Of a stretch of DNA of 48,798 nucleotides, positions 39,391 to 47,459 are shown piece by piece (the first letter of the stretch is position 1; every line of letters starts with the position of its first letter). The notes beneath the pieces are model-generated. The model saw nothing but the letters and a program-made list of their open reading frames with translations, was not told the origin of the DNA and searched no databases. The DNA is from a virus: the IMG/VR virus record IMGVR_UViG_3300022542_000629, positions 1-48,798 of that record. The stretch is one strand, 5' to 3'. A program made the position numbers and the translations under genes.

Positions 39391-40458
39391 ATGGCTGAGA
39401 AGGGCCTCCTCTTTACAACCGGTGCGACCGGTGACGGCGCGACCGCTTATACTCAGGCAGAGGTTATCCGCTGGCAGCGGCAATTCTTTGTCGGCGCTGA
39501 CAATGAAGGTGTAGCGAAGGATTATCTCAATGAACTAGCGACGACCGGTACTTCCTCACCGGTGGCAACCAATACGGGCGCGGCCCTCATCTTCGGCTTT
39601 CCCTACTGGAATACCGCCAGCGTTGACACTGCCATCCCTACGCCCTCTGCCAATACGCGTATTGACCGCCTCGTGCTGCGCGCCAATTGGTCAGCGCAGA
39701 CCGTGAGAATAACGCGCATCGCAGGCACAGAGGGCACAGGCAACCCGCCGTCTATCGTGCAAACTGATGGCACGACCTGGGACATCCCGCTTTGCCAGGC
39801 GAGTATCACGACCGGCGGTGTCATCACCGTGACAGATGAACGCGAATTCCTTCACCCGAATATCGCTGTTGATGGAGATATGATTGACGATGACACCATA
39901 GACAGCCAGCACTATACTAATGGCTCAATTGACTTGGCGCATATGTCGGCCAATTCGGTTGATAGTCCGCAATATGTAGACGGCTCAATTGATCTGGCCC
40001 ACATGTCGGCTAACTCGGTTGATAGTGACCAGTACGTAGATAGCTCAATTGACACAGTACACCTTGCCGACGATTCAGTAGATGATACAAAGATAGGCAA
40101 TAGAGTACCGCAATTCTTTCGGCGGCAGGGCGGGAGCGCTACTATCTGGAGCACGGAAGGCACGACGACTTATACGCCGACATTAGTCAGAATGCAAGCA
40201 GGATGTGTCGAATGGACTGGCTCGGCAACTAACGCTGGTTATGTGATAGTAACGTTTCCTACTACCTTTTCCTATGCACCCATAGTCATCCCTACGATCT
40301 ATTCTGCCACCGATACGCAAAATGATATTAGCGTCGCCATCCAGTCTCCAGCGACAAACCAGGTTTATTTGGTATGGGTAGACACCGGCGGCGGGACACA
40401 CACGAGCGTCAAGATCAATTGGCTTGCGGTAGGTCCGTATACTGATCCGCCGCCATAG
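39391..40458 (+). CDS. Tail fibre / receptor-binding-like protein with an internal 20-aa tandem repeat
   Basis: 355 aa. GSIDLAHMSANSVDS(P/D)QYVD x2 plus a partial third copy (60-nt DNA period, 39922..40053). RBS AGGAGA. Confidence 0.55.
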   Translation: MAEKGLLFTTGATGDGATAYTQAEVIRWQRQFFVGADNEGVAKDYLNELATTGTSSPVATNTGAALIFGFPYWNTASVDTAIPTPSANTRIDRLVLRANWSAQTVRITRIAGTEGTGNPPSIVQTDGTTWDIPLCQASITTGGVITVTDEREFLHPNIAVDGDMIDDDTIDSQHYTNGSIDLAHMSANSVDSPQYVDGSIDLAHMSANSVDSDQYVDSSIDTVHLADDSVDDTKIGNRVPQFFRRQGGSATIWSTEGTTTYTPTLVRMQAGCVEWTGSATNAGYVIVTFPTTFSYAPIVIPTIYSATDTQNDISVAIQSPATNQVYLVWVDTGGGTHTSVKINWLAVGPYTDPPP

Positions 40459-40607
40459 CCCAGAATGATAACCTTACTCTGCCGCCGTTGGCGCTGGCTG
40501 CTCTCGCTGTTCTGCCGTAAGCGCGGAATGAAGATACTGCTTATGATACCAACTGAGGTTAATTAACAGTAGCGCCCTCTATCACGTGGACAAGGAGTTG
40601 TCAAGCC

Positions 40608-43115
40608 GTGGATTACTATGTAGATAACAGCGGCGCGGATGGCGATGGTTCAATCGGCAATCCGTGGAATAATATCGCCGGGCACACTGCTGACCTGAGC
40701 GCGGGCGATACAATGCACGTGCGCGGCGATTCGCCGGGCAGTCGTATCTACGTCGAATCCCCGATTGTCTGTGAGATTGTAGGCTCAAGTGGTAGCCGAG
40801 TCACGCTCAAGGCATATACCGGCGAAGGCGTCACTATCAAGACGCCTGGCGCAAATCATTCTATCAGCCTGCGCGCCAACTACTGGACATTAGATGGCCT
40901 CGATTTCGACAAAGATTATATCGGCCACTCTCAAATTCAGATTCGCGCCGCCAATTATGCTATCATCCAAAACTGTGATTTGGCACAGAGTGGGGGCGAC
41001 GGTGCAATCTACTTCGCAGGTGGCTACACCACCACGAACACGTTAATAGATAACTGCATAATCCGCGACACGTTCAAGACGAACGTCAGCGATTCCCATG
41101 GCATTTTGATTGCAGGCACGCGATCGGGTATCACGATTAGCAATTGCACTATCTATGATATTCGCGGCGATGGCATCTGTGCCCTCGGGGGCGAACCTGT
41201 AACCACTGTCACTGTAGAAGATTGCCATCTGTACACGACAATCGGAAAATGTTCGGAGAACGGCTGTGACTTTAAGTCCGGTGACCCAACCATCCGTGAC
41301 TGTGTATTCAACGGCTTCCGCTATTGCGACGGGACGTGTGGAGGCAACGGCGGCGGCATCGGCGCAGCCCTCGTCATCCAGAACGATGTCACTGATTGCC
41401 TGGTGGAAGACAACGAATTCTACGATTGTGAAAGCGGAATTGCGGTTGGCGAGTTCAACGGTGGAACCATCCAGAAAAATCTCTTCTATGAGTTCGTGCC
41501 AGAGTCTCCCTCGCCGGCCTGGCTGGCAGCGGCAGTCTGGGTGTCGTGGAACGACGGCTTGGAAATTCACGACAACACGTTTCACGATATGCCAGAATAT
41601 TTATATCGGCTATCTAGTACGGCCACAAATATTGAATTTCGCAATAACTTGGCGTATGATACCAATCAGATCGGCGTAAGTGAGGGTGCTTCTTATGACA
41701 GCGATTACAACGGTTGGTTTGATTGCACGGATACGCTAGTTGGTGCACATGATACAACTGGCAGCGGCGATCCTGGTTTTGTGAATGCTGCTGGTGATGA
41801 TTACACCCTGCTCGCGACTAGCGTCTGCATAGATAAAGGAGTAGACGTCGGGCTGCCTTACAACGGCACTGCGCCAGACCTGGGTTATGCCGAATACGAG
41901 GGGGGAGCGGGGCTAATTACACTGGGGCTTGCACTGGGTGTAGGATTCAGCGCAACCGTAACCTGGGCATCACCGCCACCGGAGACGGCAGCAGGCGTGG
42001 CTGGCGCGGCGTATAAATTACGTTTCTATTCCCCTGCTGGCGTGCTCGTTGCTGAAACTACTGACTTTGGGGTACTCGCTTATACCAAGCGCGTCAATAT
42101 TCCCGGTTTGCTTAAATTTAACATGCGTGGTGATCACGGCAGCGTGGCACTATTGGAGAATAGAAGTCAAATCGAGGTATGGCGACGCAATGAGCGGCGC
42201 GGGCTAGATTGGCACTGTGATTTTTATGGCTTGTATCTCAGCCAAGAACGGCAATATGCCGAGCGTAATATCTTCACCGCCTACTGTCCCGGACAAATGT
42301 GGCTCCTAGCTACTCGCATCATAGCCTGGTACACGGAGACGACGAACCGGACAGTATTCACCGGCATCGCTGCTGAGACGATCATGAAAACGCTGGTAGA
42401 TTATAATGCCTGCGCCAACGCTACAATGGCCAACGGGCGACTGCGGGAGGGAGCAATCACAGGTTTGAGTATTCAAACAGATGGAGCGGCGGGCAATACG
42501 CTGAGTTGGAAATGTGCATATAAGAACCTGCTCGTGGAATTGCAGGATTTGGCGATGGCAGCCGGTGGGGATTTTGACCTCATCAAAACAGCAGCGCAAG
42601 CATGGGAATTTCGCTGGTATACCGGTCAACGGGGAGCCGACAGGCGCTCGACCGTTATCTTTGCGCATGAGCGCGGGAATATGGCTAACCCGCGCTATCA
42701 TCATGGCCGGATAAATGAAAAGACGGTAGCCGTCGTGGGCGGGCAAGGTGAGGAGGACGAGAGAGACACACGAATTATGCTTGGCGATGATTATAGCGTC
42801 AGTAACGATATAGAGACATTCGTGGATGCCCGAACTCGCACATCGCCACTAGGATTGCAGGATGCCGGCAATGAACGCCTGAATAAATTGCGAGCACGCG
42901 AACGATTTACCTGGGAGGTGGTACAGGCGCCTGCATGTTTTTACGGTCAGGTTATCAGTGGCGGCGATTATGAACTAGGAGACCTGGTAACCGCCCGTGC
43001 ATTTGGTATTGAAAAGGAGCACAAAATTAGCGGAGTGACGGTTACCGTCGCTCCATCTTCCAAGCAATTCGAGGTGATTGATATAGAAATAGAGACACCG
43101 GTAACAGCACCATGA
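40608..43115 (+). CDS. Fusion of an N-terminal right-handed beta-helix (pectate-lyase-fold depolymerase-like) domain to a C-terminal siphovirus tail-tip (Tal / Gp37-like) domain
   Basis: GTG start. MDYYVDNSGADGDGSIGNPW and repeated NC(D/I/T)I..xxGDGI beta-helix rungs in the first ~430 aa. The C-terminal ~390 aa resembles prophage tail-tip proteins. Confidence 0.6.
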   Translation: MDYYVDNSGADGDGSIGNPWNNIAGHTADLSAGDTMHVRGDSPGSRIYVESPIVCEIVGSSGSRVTLKAYTGEGVTIKTPGANHSISLRANYWTLDGLDFDKDYIGHSQIQIRAANYAIIQNCDLAQSGGDGAIYFAGGYTTTNTLIDNCIIRDTFKTNVSDSHGILIAGTRSGITISNCTIYDIRGDGICALGGEPVTTVTVEDCHLYTTIGKCSENGCDFKSGDPTIRDCVFNGFRYCDGTCGGNGGGIGAALVIQNDVTDCLVEDNEFYDCESGIAVGEFNGGTIQKNLFYEFVPESPSPAWLAAAVWVSWNDGLEIHDNTFHDMPEYLYRLSSTATNIEFRNNLAYDTNQIGVSEGASYDSDYNGWFDCTDTLVGAHDTTGSGDPGFVNAAGDDYTLLATSVCIDKGVDVGLPYNGTAPDLGYAEYEGGAGLITLGLALGVGFSATVTWASPPPETAAGVAGAAYKLRFYSPAGVLVAETTDFGVLAYTKRVNIPGLLKFNMRGDHGSVALLENRSQIEVWRRNERRGLDWHCDFYGLYLSQERQYAERNIFTAYCPGQMWLLATRIIAWYTETTNRTVFTGIAAETIMKTLVDYNACANATMANGRLREGAITGLSIQTDGAAGNTLSWKCAYKNLLVELQDLAMAAGGDFDLIKTAAQAWEFRWYTGQRGADRRSTVIFAHERGNMANPRYHHGRINEKTVAVVGGQGEEDERDTRIMLGDDYSVSNDIETFVDARTRTSPLGLQDAGNERLNKLRARERFTWEVVQAPACFYGQVISGGDYELGDLVTARAFGIEKEHKISGVTVTVAPSSKQFEVIDIEIETPVTAP

Positions 43116-43330
43116 ACATACAAGAGAGAATAGCGTCAGCGTCACGATTACGAGAGCTGGAGAGGCGCATCGCCGCATTAGAGGCGCGTGAGCGCTCATT
43201 GACGTGGTATCTATCTACGGAAGATTTGAAACTAATAGATGCTGGGAGCGCCGGGGCCACTCAGCAGGATTGGGTGGAAATAACTGTAAATGATGTGCAA
43301 GGATACCTACGCGTTTTCAGCACAAAGTGA
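43112..43330 (+). CDS. Small coiled-coil protein (72 aa)
   Basis: ATGA overlap. ORF track. Confidence 0.5.
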   Translation: MNIQERIASASRLRELERRIAALEARERSLTWYLSTEDLKLIDAGSAGATQQDWVEITVNDVQGYLRVFSTK

Positions 43331-43338
43331 GGTGGACG

Positions 43339-44385
43339 ATGACGAACCTTCTTCATAATCCAGGCTTCGAAGCCGACTGGGGCGCAGGCGCATCTCACGA
43401 GGCGCTGATCTGCCGACCCGATACGCCGCCGTACCAGTCGACCGTGGGGAATATTTTCACACCTTCCGGCGGCTGGCTGACCTGGTTCAAGCACGACCCT
43501 GGCACCTTTGATCAGCCAGAGGTGCGGGATGCCTGGGCGGCGCAGTATCCACGCCGCGTGCACAGCGGCGAGAAGGCGATACTCCTGTTCACGTTCAACC
43601 GCCGCCACGATGCGGGCTTCCTGCAACAGGTGCAAGTTGAGCCGGGGCAGCGGTTGCGCCTGACAGCGTTCGCGCATGCTTGGTCAAATCATAACCTGGA
43701 GGGCCACGCGGGCTGCGCCGACGACGGGCGCTGCTCGTGCGGCGTGGGCAGAGAAGTCGTGGCAATCCGCACCGACGAAGTACCGCCGCTGAACGGCGAT
43801 CCGTGGAACGACGCCAGGGGGAACTTTGCCTTCACCGTCGGCATTGACCCGACCGGTGGCATCGACCCGCGAGCCGACACCGTTGAGTGGGGGACGTCAT
43901 GGGCGATATACAACGGCTATTGCCAGCAACTCAGTGTTGAGGCGGAGGCACGAGCGGAGACGGTGACCGCGTTCCTGCGCAGCACAACGATGTGGCGGTT
44001 CAAGCATAATGATGCCTACTGGGACGACGCGGCGCTGGTAGTCGTAGAGGAAGAACCGCCAGAGCCACCTCCGCCAGAAGAGCGGGGCTTGCCGCGAGTT
44101 CAGTATGAGAGAACTTATACCTTACTCCCACCCGACGCAGACGCAGAATGGGCGCTCGCAGTGATAGATGCGACGTGGGACGCGAAGCGATTTACGATTG
44201 GCGGATCAGCTGACGACGCCGGAATCGGCGACCTTGATTATCGCCGCATCATCGCCGTTAATCCCGGCGGTTGGCCCAGTGACCTGGCCGACTTCTATGC
44301 CGAGCACTATCCCGGTGTTGAATACATACCGATTAAGGCGACGACGCCAAAGGCGCTAAGAGAAGCACTAGAAGGGTTAGAATAG
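43339..44385 (+). CDS. CBM_4_9-like carbohydrate-binding protein with an unknown C-terminal domain (348 aa)
   Basis: LHNPGFEADWG opening typical of CBM4/9-type jelly rolls. PPEPPPP linker. RBS GAGGTGG before ATG 43339. Confidence 0.5.
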   Translation: MTNLLHNPGFEADWGAGASHEALICRPDTPPYQSTVGNIFTPSGGWLTWFKHDPGTFDQPEVRDAWAAQYPRRVHSGEKAILLFTFNRRHDAGFLQQVQVEPGQRLRLTAFAHAWSNHNLEGHAGCADDGRCSCGVGREVVAIRTDEVPPLNGDPWNDARGNFAFTVGIDPTGGIDPRADTVEWGTSWAIYNGYCQQLSVEAEARAETVTAFLRSTTMWRFKHNDAYWDDAALVVVEEEPPEPPPPEERGLPRVQYERTYTLLPPDADAEWALAVIDATWDAKRFTIGGSADDAGIGDLDYRRIIAVNPGGWPSDLADFYAEHYPGVEYIPIKATTPKALREALEGLE

Positions 44386-44466
44386 CGTTAGAATGACGTT
44401 AGAAAAGGTTAGATTGTTAGAACAACATTAGAATAAGGTTAGAATAACGTTAGAGCGAGGTTAGAA
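44376..44466 (+). repeat. Array of nine GTTAGAA-type heptamers at 11-bp phasing
   Basis: Copies start at 44376, 44387, 44398, 44408, 44416, 44427, 44438, 44449 and 44460. A tenth isolated copy is at 44656..44662. Confidence 0.95.
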
Positions 44467-44660
44467 TGGACGACATCACGATCACGGGGTATAGCTTCAT
44501 TGTCGCCGACAACACCAGCTACCTACCGTCTGCCGCCGGTGCTCAGAATGAGACGCTAGGGCCTGGCAAAAAAGAGGACTGGGAAGATGCCATGCTGGTG
44601 GCATCTGGACTTCTGCCACGGCTGATAGCGCAGGCGAGGGAGGAGAGATTAGGAGGTTAG
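44466..44660 (+). CDS. Hypothetical protein (64 aa)
   Basis: The ATG lies inside the last heptamer (GAGGTTAGAATG). ORF track. Confidence 0.5.
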   Translation: MDDITITGYSFIVADNTSYLPSAAGAQNETLGPGKKEDWEDAMLVASGLLPRLIAQAREERLGG

Positions 44661-44661
44661 A

Positions 44662-45408
44662 ATGAACGCCATAGACGAACTACTCAAAGACCTAAATAGC
44701 GGCGGGCTGATATTCCGCCCTGCTGATCCCGCGCGCATCTCACTCTCAGTTGACCTCGTGCGTCTCACAGAACTAGCGGCGACGACAGTAGTATTTGAGC
44801 CTGGCGTGGACTTCCTCATCCTGACGCCACGCCTGCGTGCCGAGATGAAGGTGCTGGCACCTGGCCTTACTCTCTATTCACAGCGTGATCCACGCTGGCG
44901 CAATCTCGTCTATGCCGGCGGCATGACATTCGGCAAGGCCGGTTGCTACGTCACTGCCGTGGCCATGATACTGAGCCTCGCAGGCTACACCGACGACCCG
45001 CCGACGGTGGCGGCCAAACTGCGTGAGGCGGGATGCTTCTCTGGTGCACTACTGGGGCGACCCGATAGGATACCGGATGCATACCCGCGCATGCGCTACG
45101 ACGGGCCAGTAGATGTAAGCCATGACGGCCCGCTGCGTTGGCATCATGGCGCGGCAGACATGAAGCGGTTCAAGGCAGAACTGGCGAAGGGGCCTTGCAT
45201 CTTCGAGGCAGATTTCATTCCTATCACGGCAAAGTTTAATCAACACTTTTGCGTCGCCGAGCGATTCACACCAGACGGCAAGGATTTGATTATCGCCGAT
45301 CCGTGGGATGGGACGCGCACCAGATTGCTAGAGCGTTACGCCCAAGATCACTGGGACTTAAGTCGGGCACTCTACGGCATGCGCTTACTTCGCATCAAAG
45401 GAACCTAA
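44662..45408 (+). CDS. Putative endolysin, C39-like cysteine peptidase fold
   Basis: YSQRDPRWRN...GKAGCYVTAVAMIL (Cys nucleophile region) and ...HFCVAERF...IIADPWDG (His/Asp region), the pattern of Peptidase_C39_2-like proteins. Confidence 0.5.
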   Translation: MNAIDELLKDLNSGGLIFRPADPARISLSVDLVRLTELAATTVVFEPGVDFLILTPRLRAEMKVLAPGLTLYSQRDPRWRNLVYAGGMTFGKAGCYVTAVAMILSLAGYTDDPPTVAAKLREAGCFSGALLGRPDRIPDAYPRMRYDGPVDVSHDGPLRWHHGAADMKRFKAELAKGPCIFEADFIPITAKFNQHFCVAERFTPDGKDLIIADPWDGTRTRLLERYAQDHWDLSRALYGMRLLRIKGT

Positions 45409-45409
45409 C

Positions 45410-45691
45410 ATGGCAGTCACAAACAAAATGCTACTCGACGAACTCGGACGCCTCCAGTCCCGCGTCAATGAACTGGCCGCTGGCATTGCATTAGTATGCG
45501 AACGCGCGGCGAAACTGGAGACCTGGTGTAATGGGCATAACGAGAACGTGCATCCACGCATGCGCGAACGCATCGACGCTGTGGCAGGCGCACAGGTGCG
45601 GCAGGGTGAGCGGCTGTGGAAAGTTGCCCTGCAGATTGCCAATCTCGCGGCGCTACTGGCGACGATGACCAAGCTGGCGGGCGCTTGGTAA
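45410..45691 (+). CDS. Lysis-associated small protein with a C-terminal hydrophobic helix (XhlA/holin-like)
   Basis: N-terminal coiled region and C-terminal WKVALQIANLAALLATMTKLAGAW. Lies next to the endolysin-like gene. Confidence 0.4.
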   Translation: MAVTNKMLLDELGRLQSRVNELAAGIALVCERAAKLETWCNGHNENVHPRMRERIDAVAGAQVRQGERLWKVALQIANLAALLATMTKLAGAW

Positions 45692-46137
45692 GCCTTTGCC
45701 TCGCCGCTTGTATCACCGCGGATACCTGCCAAGCGCTGCCGAGCGAGTGCCCGCCGCTGCTTCCGGGCTGGGCCACGCCACGCTGGATACATGATGCTGC
45801 CGGGATAGTGGCCGGCGAGACGGTGCACGACTGCGCCACGTGCGACCGGTGGATTGCGTGCACGGTGGTCAAGGACGTGACGCTGCGCGGGTATCACCCG
45901 TGGCGATTGAGGCCCGGTCGCTGGCACGGGTGGAGGCGGCCCGGGGAGCGACACCTAACGGCAGTTGAGGCCGCGCTCAAAGGCGAATGTAGGGACACGC
46001 CGGAATGTGCCTATCTCGGCTCGCTTTCAGACTACACTCGAAACTGGCGTTTCAATCTGGCGCGTGAGCAACAGGTGTCGGCTATTGGCAATTCCCGGGG
46101 CGTCATTGTCTGTGTCCTGCCACTCAATGATAACTGA
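45616..46137 (+). CDS. Cys-rich hypothetical protein; start unresolved
   Basis: The only in-frame ATG (45616) overlaps the previous gene by 76 nt. TTG 45685 is an alternative start. Contains 8+ Cys residues (CQALPSEC, CATCDRWIAC, CRDTPEC). Confidence 0.4.
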   Translation: MESCPADCQSRGATGDDDQAGGRLVSLCLAACITADTCQALPSECPPLLPGWATPRWIHDAAGIVAGETVHDCATCDRWIACTVVKDVTLRGYHPWRLRPGRWHGWRRPGERHLTAVEAALKGECRDTPECAYLGSLSDYTRNWRFNLAREQQVSAIGNSRGVIVCVLPLNDN

Positions 46138-46263
46138 CTTCCCTTCATGCTCAAATTCGTCACGGTGCGGGCTGCTATGCTCCTTCTCTAGCATGCAGAC
46201 GAATGAACAGTTTACGCTGCTGCGGTAATAGCCTGAGAGATACAATATATCACCGCATATCAT
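46027..46263 (-). CDS. Possible 78-aa protein convergently overlapping the end of the plus-strand arm
   Basis: AGGAGG 9 nt upstream of ATG 46263. Overlaps 45616..46137 by 111 nt on the opposite strand. Confidence 0.3.
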   Translation of the reverse strand: MICGDILYLSGYYRSSVNCSFVCMLEKEHSSPHRDEFEHEGKSVIIEWQDTDNDAPGIANSRHLLLTRQIETPVSSVV

Positions 46264-46298
46264 GTCAAGCCCCCTCCTATATCTAGTCACTCAAACAA

Positions 46299-46601
46299 CT
46301 AACTCGTATAAATCCGCAGCGCCTCAGTTCCCAGCGGCAAGTCAGCGATCTTGATGATCATGCCGTTGCTATACTTTACATCACCCTCGCCTCGGATGCT
46401 GATGGAAATCATCTCGCCAGTGGGCATGTCAATTTCCTCATCTGGTAACCGGCTATCATTGCCTAATGCCTCTTGTAGATATTCTATTATCCGGTTCGGC
46501 GGCTCAATACCTATTGCAACGAGAGCATTGTAAGCTAGCAGATATTCCAAGTCATCCTCGCTAACTTTACGATGCGCTTCCACGTAGACGCTAACTGACA
46601 T
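46299..46601 (-). CDS. Hypothetical protein (100 aa), last gene of the leftward arm
   Basis: ORF track. RBS GGAGGTGAATA. Confidence 0.6.
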   Translation of the reverse strand: MSVSVYVEAHRKVSEDDLEYLLAYNALVAIGIEPPNRIIEYLQEALGNDSRLPDEEIDMPTGEMISISIRGEGDVKYSNGMIIKIADLPLGTEALRIYTS

Positions 46602-46840
46602 TATTCACCTCCTGTATCTAACCACTCAAACAGCCGCCCCCCACAGCACGCCAGCAGGATCAGCGACCGGTGTTCCTGCCACGTCTCACCGGTGGCCTGG
46701 CCCAGTGCCTCGGCCAGTTGCTCGATGTCGAAGGCGCAAAATTGGCTAGCATCCCAGCGCCCTTTGATTGCTAGATAGCGATTACTTTGGCGCAGTGAGA
46801 AGATGAGCGGCCCGCCGGTTTCCTTGGTTGTTAGGAACAT
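46601..46840 (-). CDS. Hypothetical protein (79 aa from ATG 46840)
   Basis: RBS GGAGGAGGCGAC before ATG 46840. Confidence 0.55.
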   Translation of the reverse strand: MFLTTKETGGPLIFSLRQSNRYLAIKGRWDASQFCAFDIEQLAEALGQATGETWQEHRSLILLACCGGRLFEWLDTGGE

Positions 46841-47064
46841 GTCGCCTCCTCCACTCTCGCCAACTCCACCTTCATCGGCTCGGCACCCGCCACGGGCGCT
46901 TGCCACGTCAGCGTGTCGCCGATCGCCATCGCGCTGAGCAATCGCACCAGCGGCGCTTTAAGGCTCAGGCACTCTTTGCCATCGCCACCAGTTGCGACGA
47001 CGCGAAGTTGCAACTCCTCGTTATTCAGCTTAACTGTCACGATCATGCCAAGTTTTAGTTTCAT
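46831..47064 (-). CDS. GreA/GreB C-terminal-domain-like protein (77 aa, no coiled-coil finger)
   Basis: LGMIVTVKLNNEELQLRVVATGG...LSLKAPLVRLLSAMAIGDTLTWQAP...MKVELARVE matches the pattern G..V.v....ee....iVg.....iS..SPla.aLlG...GD.v. RBS CAGGAGGCAAG. Confidence 0.55.
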   Translation of the reverse strand: MKLKLGMIVTVKLNNEELQLRVVATGGDGKECLSLKAPLVRLLSAMAIGDTLTWQAPVAGAEPMKVELARVEEATCS

Positions 47065-47459
47065 CTTGCCTCCTGTCTTGGTATAACTACTATTTCCACG
47101 CGCGGCCTGTCGCACCCGATGCGTTTGGTGATGAGTGCGCTAAATATCTGGCTATCGTCGTGATAGACGATGCCTTGTAAGGAATCCGCGATGCTCTTGG
47201 CGAGGTTGTCGTAATCCACGCGCCGCCTATCTGCACGGTAGAATGTCAGTTGAATCGATAGCGGCCCCTTCATTGGTTCCTGCGTCCACGTCAGCGCCGC
47301 CGCGTCCCTGATCAACGCCTCATAGTCCCTGGTGGCTTCTGGCGTGTAAGCATGGCCGTCTACAACGCGCGGGCGACCCTTTGGAATTGGATTGCCCCCT
47401 ACCGTCAATTCAAAGATGCGGCGGGAACCGTAGAATGCTTGCTTCTCAGTCACTGGCAT
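47061..47459 (-). CDS. rusA: RusA-family Holliday junction resolvase
   Basis: PKGRPRV...YTPEATRDYE...DYDNLAKSIADSLQGIVYHDDSQI. RBS GAGGAGG before ATG 47459. Confidence 0.75.
   Translation of the reverse strand: MPVTEKQAFYGSRRIFELTVGGNPIPKGRPRVVDGHAYTPEATRDYEALIRDAAALTWTQEPMKGPLSIQLTFYRADRRRVDYDNLAKSIADSLQGIVYHDDSQIFSALITKRIGCDRPRVEIVVIPRQEAR

Noticed and set aside
41043-41585. A 180-aa minus-strand ORF inside the beta-helix gene, and similar ORFs at 36007..36468, 42306..42746 and 45385..45954
   Set aside because: They are embedded antisense in long, well-supported plus-strand genes, with no SD and no motifs.
44376-44466. CRISPR-like array
   Set aside because: The repeats are 7 nt with 4-nt spacers, far too short for CRISPR repeats and spacers, and there are no cas genes.
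45685-45711. A lipoprotein (o-spanin-like) signal: LAAC lipobox after TTG 45685
   Set aside because: Only 8 residues would precede the Cys, with no basic n-region or hydrophobic core of normal length. The ATG-initiated version has no signal-like N-terminus.
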